15,993 bases of DNA from Candidatus Eiseniibacteriota bacterium. GTDB taxonomy: Bacteria; Eisenbacteria; RBG-16-71-46. The stretch is from contig JANLWX010000195.1 of assembly GCA_031364845.1 (NCBI GenBank), forward strand, positions 1 to 15,993, given 5' to 3'. The notes under the pieces are model-generated. The model was not told where the DNA came from, did not search any database, and was given only the letters and a program-made list of their open reading frames with translations. Position numbers and translations under genes: made by a program. Position 1 is the stretch's first letter; each line of letters starts with the position of its first letter. Below are positions 1-8,621 of the stretch, in pieces.

Positions 1-92
1 GCGACACCCGCTTCGCGCGACATCCTGTCGCGCTCGCTCCCGCGCCATCGGTCGGCAGCCATCCCTGGCTGCCTCCCTCGCGCGAGTGTCGC
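1..92. repeat. Cloverleaf palindromic element (REP/MITE-like or 3'-UTR structure), possibly truncated by the window edge
   Basis: Outer stem 1-11/82-92 (gcgacacccgc/gcgagtgtcgc, one mismatch) encloses two perfect 8-bp hairpins: gcgcgaca-TCC-tgtcgcgc (15-33) and ggcagcca-TCCC-tggctgcc (54-73). Both have a CATCC(C)TG apex. Confidence 0.6.
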
Positions 93-137
93 CACACGAT
101 CGCCGCTCGCCCCGCCGCGCGTGAGTTCGGAGCTCGC

Positions 138-1559
138 CTACTCTACGACCAGTACGCGTTGGACCATCTCCTGCTGGCCGTCGCGGGCTCGGACCATGTA
201 GACGCCGGGTGTAATCCGCTTGCCGGTGTTGAGATCCCAGCGCAGGTCGTTCGCGCCTTCCTTAAGTGGGCCTTGGTGGATTTTGGCGACGCGGCGGCCG
301 GCCAGGTCGAAGGCTTCGACTTGGAAGTCGCGATCGCGATCGACGTCGAGGCGGAACGTCACGAGACCGCGTGCGGGATTCGGGCGCGGCGCGGAAAGCG
401 CGAGCGTGGCGATGGTGCGCTGCGGGACTTCGAGCACGTCGCCGAACGGGCCGTCGAACATCACTTGATAGGGCGGCAAGCCGGTGCCGAGCGGGCCTGC
501 GATCTGGAGATCGGTGGTGGTCGAGAAGATGCGGATGCCCTGGACGACGAAGCTGTTGTCGCACACGTAGAGTTCGCCGCGGTCGTTGATCGCGCAATCG
601 GCGAGGCCGAAGCCGCCGGGGGTGAAGAGCGGCGCGATTCGTGTGCCGGTAGTGGGATTCCAGGTGACGAGCGAGGTGTTGAAGTTCGTGTCGCTGACGA
701 TCGCGTAGCTGTGGGTCGCGGTGTGCCACTCGACGTCGCTCACGTCGCCCTGGAGTGCGGACTCGGTGATCGCCACTCCGTCGTCGGTGAAGGTCGCGGG
801 ATCGATGCGCACGATGCCGCCGTCGAGCGCGCCGTAGGCGCCGACGCATCCGAGGTAGAACCTGCGTCCGATCGGATCCCATGCGAACGTCGTCACGGGG
901 TTGGTGCGCGGGAGCAGGATCGCCTGGGTTCCGGGGAGCGACGGATTCACGTCGACGACGGTGTCGTTCGCGGTGTCGATCACGACCACCAGGCTCGAGT
1001 CGGTCGGGACGAAACCATGGGCGCGATCGAGACGCTGGAGCGATACGAACAGCCAGCGGCCGAAGCGGGCCATATGATCGGCTTCGGGGAGGCCGTCGGC
1101 ATCGGCGAACGCGGACAGATCGATGGTGCCGAGGCTGGTACCGGTCGCGGGGTTCCACTTCTGCAGATGCGCGCGATCGTAGGCCGAAACATACGCCTTG
1201 GTCGGTGATACGACGACGATGTCGGACGGATTTGCGCCGTTGCCGAGCGAGAACTGACGCACGGTGGAATAGCCGGTGGCCGGATTCAGGATCTGCATGT
1301 TGTCCGCGCCGAAGCGGTTGAGCACGTAGATCAGTCCGCCATGCCACCGCGCGCGCGCGTCCTTGTAGATGCTCGCGACATCCGGGCTCACTACCCGCGT
1401 CGGAAGATCGATCGCGGACATGCCGCCGGTCTGGAAGTCGGTGGTCACGACGAATGCGCGCGACTGCGCGGCGTGGACTGGGGGTGCGGCGAAGGCGGTA
1501 ACGGCAACGGCAGCGCCCGCGGCGAACAGAGCAATATGAAGTGTCGGACGGAGTGTCAT
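138..1559 (-). CDS. Secreted beta-propeller protein (YncE/BtuG-like, probable cobalamin-binding) with C-terminal FlgD-Ig/T9SS-CTD-like domain
   Basis: Start reassigned to the ATG at 1559 (MTLRPTLH...), which has an AAAGGA RBS overlapping the btuB stop. It has an Ala-rich signal peptide, propeller-type motifs (YVLNRFGADN, NPSDIVVVSPTKAYVS, IDLSAFADADGLPE) and a C-terminal PNP...DLAGRRVA...LRWD...PGVYMVR domain. It lies 14 bp downstream of btuB. Confidence 0.8.
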   Translation of the reverse strand: MTLRPTLHIALFAAGAAVAVTAFAAPPVHAAQSRAFVVTTDFQTGGMSAIDLPTRVVSPDVASIYKDARARWHGGLIYVLNRFGADNMQILNPATGYSTVRQFSLGNGANPSDIVVVSPTKAYVSAYDRAHLQKWNPATGTSLGTIDLSAFADADGLPEADHMARFGRWLFVSLQRLDRAHGFVPTDSSLVVVIDTANDTVVDVNPSLPGTQAILLPRTNPVTTFAWDPIGRRFYLGCVGAYGALDGGIVRIDPATFTDDGVAITESALQGDVSDVEWHTATHSYAIVSDTNFNTSLVTWNPTTGTRIAPLFTPGGFGLADCAINDRGELYVCDNSFVVQGIRIFSTTTDLQIAGPLGTGLPPYQVMFDGPFGDVLEVPQRTIATLALSAPRPNPARGLVTFRLDVDRDRDFQVEAFDLAGRRVAKIHQGPLKEGANDLRWDLNTGKRITPGVYMVRARDGQQEMVQRVLVVE

Positions 1560-1573
1560 GTGGGGTGGTCCTT

Positions 1574-3676
1574 TCAAAAGTCCGAGAATGGAATCGAAGA
1601 TTCGAGTGCGACGAAAAGGGTGCGGCCCGGGAGCGGATATCCGGCGATGTCGGTGGCGCGCTGGTCGCCGAGGTTGCGTCCCTCCAGCGACGCGCGCAGC
1701 GCGCCCGGAAGTTCGAGCCAGATGCCGGCGCCGATGAGCGCTCGTGAGGCGACGCGCGTGCGGTTGGAACGGTCGAGAAAACTGGGGCCGAGGCGGAAGG
1801 CGTCGACGTAGCCACCGAACCGCGACGACGCCCACGCAGCACGGGCGTCGAGCTGGGTCGCGGGCAGCAGCGGAAGCTGCTTGCCGCTCCAGTAACCGAC
1901 CGTGCTGCGATCCTCGCCCGATTGGCGCGTGTGGGCCGCGGTGACGCGAAATCCCGCGAGCGGGCCCACCGCGAGTTCGAACTCGTTGCCGCGGGTGCGG
2001 GCGCGCTCGAGATTGAGCGCCTTCACGCCGTTCGAGGCGGGAAAGTAGTGGATCAGATTTTCGGAGCGCGTCTCGAAGTGCGCCCACTGTGCGTGAGCGT
2101 CGCATGCGCCGAGCCGCCACGTGAACACCGCCCCCGCATCCCACATCCGTGTGCGCTCGGGATGGAGCAGCAGGTTGCCGTACACACCGCCGCCATCGCC
2201 GAACAGCTCGGTGAAGTCGGGCACGCGCTCGGCGTCGGTCCAGTTGCCGCGCAGCTCGAGTGCTCGAAACGGCCGCACGCTGGCGCCGAGTTGCGGGGCC
2301 GAAGTCTCCCGCGTGACATCGATCCGCCGCGCGAGTCCCGCGGTGGCCAGCCCGCGCAACTCATCGCGGATGCGGTCCCAGCGCCGCGCTGCGTGCAGCA
2401 TTGCGCGACCGCCGGGTGCAGTGAGCCGCAGCGCGAGTGCGGTGCCCTGCGCGTTGCGGCGGCTGGTCGGCGGATCGGCGTACGCGTCGGCGGAATTGGT
2501 CGTGCGCGCGCGTTCGGTGCCGGCATCCGCGGTGCCGCGCACCGACAGGCCGAGCGGCAGTACGGGCCATTCGAGATCGACGCCCGCGCGCTCACCCGCG
2601 AAGCGATCGTCCGTGCGCCAGCGTCCGAGCCCCAGCTCGCCCGCAGTGTCGCGGAACTGCCCGCGCTCGCGGCGCGCCGAACCGCGCACGCGCGCGAGCG
2701 GCCACGCGCCTCGCGCGGGGCGCTCGATATCGACGCGCGAGACCGAACGTTCCATGGAGCGCTCGGCGCTCTTCGCCTGTATCGACGCGAGCCCCGGCAA
2801 GCCCTGCGTCTTTCTGAACCAATCCTCACGCGCGCGCACGATGAGATCGCGCCGCGCGGTCCAGGTGAGACCGGCGATCGCATGAGTAGCGCCGAAGCGA
2901 TTGTTGATGCGCGTCGTCGTACTGTCGTCGCCGCTCTCGAACGGTGTGCCGTTGTCGTCGAAGAATCGATAGTCGCCGTGCGATCCCTGGTAGCCGGTGT
3001 TGAGCGCCAGTACCACCGTACCCATCACCGCACTCCCGCGCGCGACGCCCTCCCACGTGTCGAACGATCCGCGCACGAAGCGCGCATCGAGTCCGCGCGC
3101 GGTCGGCAGCGTGACCAGGTTGACCGCCCCCGCGGGCGCGGGCATCCCCCACGAAAGCGGGCTCGAGCCGCGATAGACCTCGATGCGCTCGATCGCGGCC
3201 CCGGGCACATCCGACAGGCTCGTGACCGAGTGTGCCGCACTCTGCACCGGCTCGCCGTCGACCAGCACCGCCGTGTGCGCCGCCGGCGCGCCGCGCACGG
3301 ACACCGTGCTGAACGCCCCGAGCCCGCCGTACTGGAGCACGCGCAGGCCGGCCGCCTGCGCGAGGGTTTCGCCGATCGAGCCGAACGTGCGGCCCGGTTC
3401 GCGCGCGGCGAGATCGGAGACGAACGCCGTCGGCTGGAGGTGGCGCAGCCGCGGCACGACGCGCGCCGTGTCGACACGGATCTCGGGCAGCAGCAGCACC
3501 GAGTCGCGTGCGACCGCGTGCACTTGGGATGGTTCGGCCGAGTCGCGAGCCTCCGGAACGGCGCGGCCCACCGATGACGTATCGGATGAGATTGGATCGG
3601 GAACATCCGGCGCGGCATGCGCCGAACCAGCCGCGGCGAGCGCCACGGCGAGCAGAAACCAACGGCTTGCGATCAT
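1574..3676 (-). CDS. btuB: TonB-dependent outer-membrane receptor, probable vitamin B12 transporter
   Basis: Signal peptide; plug motifs (YGGLGAFSTVSVRG, VLVDGEP, IERIEVYRG, GAVNLVT); C-terminal NLGD...GYPLPGRTLFVALE ending in F. Substrate is inferred from the upstream cobalamin riboswitch. Confidence 0.88.
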   Translation of the reverse strand: MIASRWFLLAVALAAAGSAHAAPDVPDPISSDTSSVGRAVPEARDSAEPSQVHAVARDSVLLLPEIRVDTARVVPRLRHLQPTAFVSDLAAREPGRTFGSIGETLAQAAGLRVLQYGGLGAFSTVSVRGAPAAHTAVLVDGEPVQSAAHSVTSLSDVPGAAIERIEVYRGSSPLSWGMPAPAGAVNLVTLPTARGLDARFVRGSFDTWEGVARGSAVMGTVVLALNTGYQGSHGDYRFFDDNGTPFESGDDSTTTRINNRFGATHAIAGLTWTARRDLIVRAREDWFRKTQGLPGLASIQAKSAERSMERSVSRVDIERPARGAWPLARVRGSARRERGQFRDTAGELGLGRWRTDDRFAGERAGVDLEWPVLPLGLSVRGTADAGTERARTTNSADAYADPPTSRRNAQGTALALRLTAPGGRAMLHAARRWDRIRDELRGLATAGLARRIDVTRETSAPQLGASVRPFRALELRGNWTDAERVPDFTELFGDGGGVYGNLLLHPERTRMWDAGAVFTWRLGACDAHAQWAHFETRSENLIHYFPASNGVKALNLERARTRGNEFELAVGPLAGFRVTAAHTRQSGEDRSTVGYWSGKQLPLLPATQLDARAAWASSRFGGYVDAFRLGPSFLDRSNRTRVASRALIGAGIWLELPGALRASLEGRNLGDQRATDIAGYPLPGRTLFVALESSIPFSDF

Positions 3677-3700
3677 GGCGTCGTACGCGCCCCAATCGAA

Positions 3701-3743
3701 CGGGCCCTTCCGCTCGCTGGGAAATCGCGAACGAAAGGGCCCG
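3701..3743 (-). promoter_or_regulatory. Strong hairpin in the riboswitch expression platform, just upstream of the btuB start
   Basis: Minus-strand cgggccctttcgttcgc-N9-gcgagcggaagggcccg forms a 17-bp stem with two G-U pairs, 24 nt before the ATG. There is no clean U-tract after it. Confidence 0.6.
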
Positions 3744-3796
3744 AACGGACGCCGTTCCGCACGCGACGCTCTCCAACGAAGCGTCGGGCACGAATA

Positions 3797-4002
3797 GCTT
3801 CCGGGCAGGTTTCCTGGCTTGGGGCCTGTGCTCTCGGACGGTGTCGATTGACGACGTTCGAAAGCACTCTGCGGGTCCGGACCTTCCCGAATCGAAGCGT
3901 CGATTCAGTGGTCGTGGACCTGGGCACCCTTCACAGTGGCGGGACCGCGGGGGATTTTCACCCCTCTTCCCTATTACCCCACACGTTGCGGGCACCCGGA
4001 AG
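3797..4002 (-). ncRNA. Cobalamin riboswitch aptamer
   Basis: The minus strand reads cttccggGT...aataGGGAAgaggGGTGAAAATCCcccGCGGTCCCGCCACTGTga...CCACTG...GGGAAGGt...AAGCCAGGAAACCTGCCcggaag. This covers the hallmark motifs including the B12 box, P1 (cttccggg/cccggaag) closes it, and it sits upstream of a TonB receptor. Confidence 0.95.
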
Positions 4003-4013
4003 ATGTCGCAGGC

Positions 4014-4043
4014 ACCATGCACCCCGCGCGCGGCGGGCGTCAA
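4014..4043 (-). promoter_or_regulatory. Candidate sigma70-type promoter for the riboswitch/btuB leader
   Basis: TTGACG (4043-4038), 18 nt, CATGGT (4019-4014), placed about 12 nt before riboswitch P1. Confidence 0.45.
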
Positions 4044-4079
4044 GCACGCGACTTGTTCGGCTGCGGACCCGGAATCGTT

Positions 4080-5687
4080 CTACGGTTCCCCGGCTCTGCG
4101 CTCCATCGGCCCGGTCGGCACCCCGGACATCCGATACACCACCAACTCGGGTCCGCCGCCCGTGTTGTTCGGATATTGAAACTGCCCGATCGCGGTGAGC
4201 CACGGTTCCTGAGTGAGGTTCGGGTACCACGCCGGGAACAGGATGCAGTAGTCGGGCTTCGAGACGCGCAGGAACGACGGCAGCGCCTCCTCCGCGAACG
4301 CCGTGTGGTAGCGCTTCCACCACGCCTGCATGTGCGTGATGAAGTCGGAGCTGACGAGCCCGACGACATCGATGCAGTAGTGCCCGCCGAACCAGGTGAT
4401 CGCACCGACGTCGTTGGTGGCGACGCGCGTACCTGGCGGAAGATTTTTCGCGACCCAGCGTCCCGCGGCGACCTGCTGTTTCAGGATGTTGTCGCAATTC
4501 GAGAGATAGATCGGCTCGTAGTCGGTGGAGCTGCGCCACCCGCCGAACCCTACGGCGACCGCGACAACCGCGATCGCCGCGGCGCGCTGCGCGGGAGATC
4601 GCAGCCATTGCATCGCCCACGCCAGCGGCGCCATCGACAGCAGCGCGAGGAACGGCACGAGCGGTATCGTGTAGCGCGACAGGCTGAAGTGACGCGGATA
4701 GAACACGAGCGAATACGCCATGAACGCGAGCGGCCACAGCACGACCAGCCCGTTGCCGCGTTTCAAGTGGCGCACGATCCACACGATCACACCCGGCACC
4801 AGCAGCACCGCGAAGGTCAGGTTGTCATGCCACGCGACGTTGTGCATGAGCGGCAGATACTTCGCGCGCAGCGTGACGAACAACGTGTCGGTGATCGAAG
4901 GCAGCCAGCTCTTGGCGTAGTAGGTGTTCGGCAGCGGGCGTCCGGTGGTCGCGAGGCAGAACGCGGTGTAAGGCACGAGCAGTGCGATGAACGCTCCGGC
5001 GAGAATCGCCAGGTCGCGCATCGAACCGACCGGGCCTTCGCGCCGCGCGATGCGCCAGCCTTCGAGACCCAGGGCGAGCGGTCCGATCAGCACCATCTCG
5101 GGCCGCGCGGTGGCCGCGAGTCCCGCGAGTACCCCGATCCATGCCGCGCGCCGCGCGCCGCCGAGCGACGATTGCATCACGCGCACGACCGCAAGCGAGA
5201 GCGCGGTCGCGAGCGCGATCTCCATCCCCGACAGCGAAGCCCACGTGATCCGCCCGCACGCCGCGAAGGCGAGCCCCGCGACGAACGCGAGCCCGGTGCC
5301 GAGTCCAGCGGCGATGCCGACTTCGAACGTGAGCACCGCAGCGATGCTCGTGAAGAGAACACCCAGCGCGAGCGAGCCTCCTTCGAGCGGCATGCCGAGG
5401 AGGCGGCCAAACGCGAGCACCACCACCCACAGCGGACTCGTCGCACCCGGCGACAGCTCGCCCGGATTGAACGAGAACCCATGCCCGGTCGCGAGGTTCT
5501 TCGCGTACTGGAAGTGGATGTAGGGATCGTCCATCGGAAAGCCGAGTTCGCCGTTCTGCGCGGTCTGATGGCTCGACCAGAGTGCCGCGAACACGAGCGG
5601 GAGTACGAAGAGCGCGACTCGCGCGGCCCATGCGGAGTGGTTTGATGCGGGCGTCTGCGCGCGCGCGCGGGGCTTGGGATTGGGCAT
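4080..5687 (-). CDS. Integral membrane GT-C-type glycosyltransferase (ArnT/PMT/arabinofuranosyltransferase-like)
   Basis: MDDPYIHFQYAKNLATGHGFSFNPGE...GATSPLW after TM1, SGME and ARPE motifs, many TM helices, PNTYYAK, and a periplasmic C-terminal DVGA...ID.VGLVS domain. Start is 5687 (favoured by promoter spacing) or 5696. Confidence 0.75.
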   Translation of the reverse strand: MPNPKPRARAQTPASNHSAWAARVALFVLPLVFAALWSSHQTAQNGELGFPMDDPYIHFQYAKNLATGHGFSFNPGELSPGATSPLWVVVLAFGRLLGMPLEGGSLALGVLFTSIAAVLTFEVGIAAGLGTGLAFVAGLAFAACGRITWASLSGMEIALATALSLAVVRVMQSSLGGARRAAWIGVLAGLAATARPEMVLIGPLALGLEGWRIARREGPVGSMRDLAILAGAFIALLVPYTAFCLATTGRPLPNTYYAKSWLPSITDTLFVTLRAKYLPLMHNVAWHDNLTFAVLLVPGVIVWIVRHLKRGNGLVVLWPLAFMAYSLVFYPRHFSLSRYTIPLVPFLALLSMAPLAWAMQWLRSPAQRAAAIAVVAVAVGFGGWRSSTDYEPIYLSNCDNILKQQVAAGRWVAKNLPPGTRVATNDVGAITWFGGHYCIDVVGLVSSDFITHMQAWWKRYHTAFAEEALPSFLRVSKPDYCILFPAWYPNLTQEPWLTAIGQFQYPNNTGGGPELVVYRMSGVPTGPMERRAGEP

Positions 5688-5788
5688 GCGAGGCATCCTA
5701 GCCGTGCGGTTTCATGCGCGCCAACGGCGGCGGATTCGAATCCTCGGCGCTCCGATGACCGCCGGCGAGTAGCCAGGCCGCTTCAACA

Positions 5789-6496
5789 TCACGTCGTCCG
5801 AGGCGATCCGGACTTCCCTACCAGCTCCCGCGCCCGCGCGAACACTCCATGCCACATCTCACGCGTGAGCCGTCCGGTGTTGGTGTTCTGACGGCTCGGA
5901 TGATACGAGGCGATCAGCGTGACTCCGCCGCTCAGCACGGTCTCGCGTGCATGCGCGAACACGGGACGCTCGCCCGGTGGCACTTGCGCCCAGCGCCCGG
6001 CCGCCTTCAGCCACCGCTCGTGCGCGATGTGGCCGAGCGTGATCACGACCCGGACGTCCTTCAGCAGCGCGAGTTCGCGCTCGAGCCACCGACCACAGGT
6101 CTCGAGCTCCGCCGGAGTCGGCTTGTTGTCGGGCGGCGCGCAGTGGGCGGCGGCGGTGATCCAGCAGTCGCTCAGCGCGAGCCCGTCGTCGCGCGCGATC
6201 GATTGGGGCGCACTCGCGAAGCCGAAGCGGTGGAGCGCTTCGTACAGCCACTCGCCGCTCGAATCTCCGGTGAACATGCGTCCGGTGCGGTTCGCGCCAT
6301 GGGCGGCGGGCGCGAGTCCGACGATCAGGAGCCGCGCGCGCGGGTCGCCGAAGCTCGGGACCGGCTTCCCCCAGTAGGTCTCGTCGCGATAGGCGCGGCG
6401 CTTTTCGAGGGCGACCGCCTCGCAATGCGCCCGCAAGCGCGGGCAGAGTTCGCACGCGATGATGGTTCGGTTCAGGTCGACAAGTGCTCGGGACAT
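5789..6496 (-). CDS. udgB: Uracil-DNA glycosylase, family 5 (UdgB-like, Fe-S cluster)
   Basis: CELCPRL, GLAPAAHGANRTGRMFTGD (family 5 motif A), HCAPPDNKP and SYHPSRQNTNTG. Start set at ATG 6496 (MSRALVDL). Confidence 0.9.
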   Translation of the reverse strand: MSRALVDLNRTIIACELCPRLRAHCEAVALEKRRAYRDETYWGKPVPSFGDPRARLLIVGLAPAAHGANRTGRMFTGDSSGEWLYEALHRFGFASAPQSIARDDGLALSDCWITAAAHCAPPDNKPTPAELETCGRWLERELALLKDVRVVITLGHIAHERWLKAAGRWAQVPPGERPVFAHARETVLSGGVTLIASYHPSRQNTNTGRLTREMWHGVFARARELVGKSGSPRTT

Positions 6497-6574
6497 GCGT
6501 TGTAAGGTAGCGCCACGGTCAAGCGGGGCGGCGCTCCGAAAACCCACGCCATTCCCCCGCGACTTCACACCGAC

Positions 6575-6603
6575 TTGATTCCGTCACCTCCACCGCATAG
6601 TGT
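6575..6603 (+). promoter_or_regulatory. Candidate sigma70 promoter for the APC transporter-fabI unit
   Basis: TTGATT (6575-6580), 17 nt, TAGTGT (6598-6603), then an in-frame GTG 8 nt later at 6612. Confidence 0.55.
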
Positions 6604-6611
6604 CCCCGGCC

Positions 6612-8591
6612 GTGTTCGAACGATTACGCGGGATCCTCATCGGCGGCCCCAGAAACGTCCTGGATCCCCGCATTCACCATACGCTGGCACTGATCGCCTT
6701 CTTCGCGTGGGTCGGTCTGGGCTCGGACGGTCTATCGTCCTCGAGCTACGGTCCCGAAGAAGCGTTCCTTCAGCTCGGCCACCACCGCCACCTCGCGATC
6801 TACCTGGTGGTCGCGATCGTGGCCACGGTGTTCCTGATCTCCGCCTCGTACAGCTACATCATCGAGCTGTTCCCGAGCGGCGGCGGTGGATATCTGGTGG
6901 CGACCAAACTGCTGGGCCCGGTCCCGGGCGTGATCTCGGGCGGCGCGCTGGTCGTCGACTACATCTTGACGATCGCGATCTCGGTGGCCTCGGGGTGCGA
7001 TGCGATCTTCTCGTTCCTGCCACCCGAGTGGCGCGGCTTCAAGCTGGTGGCGGAGCTGTCGGTGGTGACACTGCTCACCGGCATGAACATCCGCGGCGTC
7101 AAAGAGTCGATCATCATCCTGATGCCGATTTTCGCAAGCTTCCTGATCAGCCACGTCGCGCTGATCGGCGCCGGCATCTTCATGCACACGAGCAGCTTTC
7201 CCCATCTGATGGCGGACACGGCACAGGACACCAACATGGCGGTTTCAGAATTGGGACTGCTCGGAGTGATCATCATCTTCCTGCGCGCGTTCTCGCTCGG
7301 CGGCGGAACCTTCACCGGCATCGAGGCGGTCAGCAACAGCACCGAGATTCTGCGCGAACCGCGCGTCGAAACCGGCAAGAAGACCATGCTCTACATGGCG
7401 ATCTCGCTCGCGTTCACGGCCGGCGGCATCTTGCTGTGCTACCTCCTCAACGATGTCCAGCACACCGTGGGCAAGACCCTCAACGCCTCGCTGTGGGAAT
7501 CGATCACGCGCTCCTGGCACTGGGGCAGTCTCGACATCGGCACGGGCGTGGTGTGGTTCACGCTGATCTCCGAAGGCACGCTGCTGTTCGTGGCGGCGCA
7601 GACCGGCTTCATCGCGGGCCCGCGCACCCTCGCGGCGATGGCGGTCGACAACTGGGTGCCGAAGCGCTTCAACCATCTCTCCGAACGGCTCGTCACGCAG
7701 AATGGCATCATCCTGCTGGGACTGGTCGCCGCGGTGACGCTGATCTACACCGGCGGTTCCGTGAAGCTGCTGGTCGTCATGTACTCGATCAACGTGTTCC
7801 TCACGTTCACGCTCACGCAGCTTGGCATGGTGCGGCACTGGATCGACGTGCGTAAGACGGCGCCTCACTGGCGGCGGCGCCTGGCGGTCGCGTTCACCGG
7901 CACGGTGGTGACCGGCGGCATCCTCATCGTCACGACCGTCGTCAAGTTCCAGGAAGGCGGCTGGGTGACGCTGGTCGCGACCGGCGCGTTCATCGGCTTC
8001 TGCTTCCTCGTGCGCGGTCACTACCGGCGCGTGCGCCGGCTCCTGTCGTCGCTCGACGAGGTGCTCACGAACCTGCCGATGCCGGAGCCCAAGACGCTGC
8101 CGGAGCTCTCCCCCGATGGGCCGACGGCGATCGTGCTGGTCGAGTCCTACGCCGGGCTCGGCATCCACACGCTGTTGTCGATCCAGCGCATGCTGCCGCG
8201 GCACTTCAAGAACTTCGTGTTCTGTTCGGTCGGCCTCGTCGACTCGGGCCAGTTCAAGGGCGCCCACGATGTCGCCCTGCTCGAGGACAAGGTGCGTGTC
8301 GACCTCGAGAAGTACGTGACGCTCGCGCAGCGCATGGGCTTCTATGCGGAGTATCGGTTCACGGTCGGAACCGATCTGATCGAGGAGCTCGAAGGCATTT
8401 GCCTCGATCTCACGAAGGAGTTCCGCCGTCCGGTGGTGTTCGCCGGCCAGCTCGTGTTCCAGCGCGAGAACCTGTTCACGCGCACGCTGCACCACGAGAC
8501 GGCGTTCTCGATCCAGCGCCGCCTCCAGTTCGCGGGCGTGCAGGTGATCATCCTTCCGATCCGTGTGTGGGAGAAGCAGCGGGTCGCCTGA
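6612..8591 (+). CDS. APC-superfamily permease, KimA/YdaO-like (possible K+ transporter)
   Basis: GSDGLSSSSYGPEE resembles the KimA-type TM1 motif. Also YSYIIELFPSGGGGY, VDYILT, TGIEAVSN, about 12 TMs and a cytoplasmic C-terminal domain. Start is GTG 6612 (or 6600). Confidence 0.8.
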   Translation: MFERLRGILIGGPRNVLDPRIHHTLALIAFFAWVGLGSDGLSSSSYGPEEAFLQLGHHRHLAIYLVVAIVATVFLISASYSYIIELFPSGGGGYLVATKLLGPVPGVISGGALVVDYILTIAISVASGCDAIFSFLPPEWRGFKLVAELSVVTLLTGMNIRGVKESIIILMPIFASFLISHVALIGAGIFMHTSSFPHLMADTAQDTNMAVSELGLLGVIIIFLRAFSLGGGTFTGIEAVSNSTEILREPRVETGKKTMLYMAISLAFTAGGILLCYLLNDVQHTVGKTLNASLWESITRSWHWGSLDIGTGVVWFTLISEGTLLFVAAQTGFIAGPRTLAAMAVDNWVPKRFNHLSERLVTQNGIILLGLVAAVTLIYTGGSVKLLVVMYSINVFLTFTLTQLGMVRHWIDVRKTAPHWRRRLAVAFTGTVVTGGILIVTTVVKFQEGGWVTLVATGAFIGFCFLVRGHYRRVRRLLSSLDEVLTNLPMPEPKTLPELSPDGPTAIVLVESYAGLGIHTLLSIQRMLPRHFKNFVFCSVGLVDSGQFKGAHDVALLEDKVRVDLEKYVTLAQRMGFYAEYRFTVGTDLIEELEGICLDLTKEFRRPVVFAGQLVFQRENLFTRTLHHETAFSIQRRLQFAGVQVIILPIRVWEKQRVA

Positions 8592-8621
8592 AGCGCCGGC
8601 GCCCGGAACTGAGAGGAACGC

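Noticed and set aside
1560..2144. N-terminal extension of the 668-aa ORF
   Set aside because: It overlaps btuB in another frame. The real start with RBS and signal peptide is at 1559.
5732..5755. GGATTCGAATCC resembling a tRNA T-arm or att site
   Set aside because: No acceptor, D or anticodon arms can be built, and there is no integrase nearby. It is only a 12-bp palindrome.
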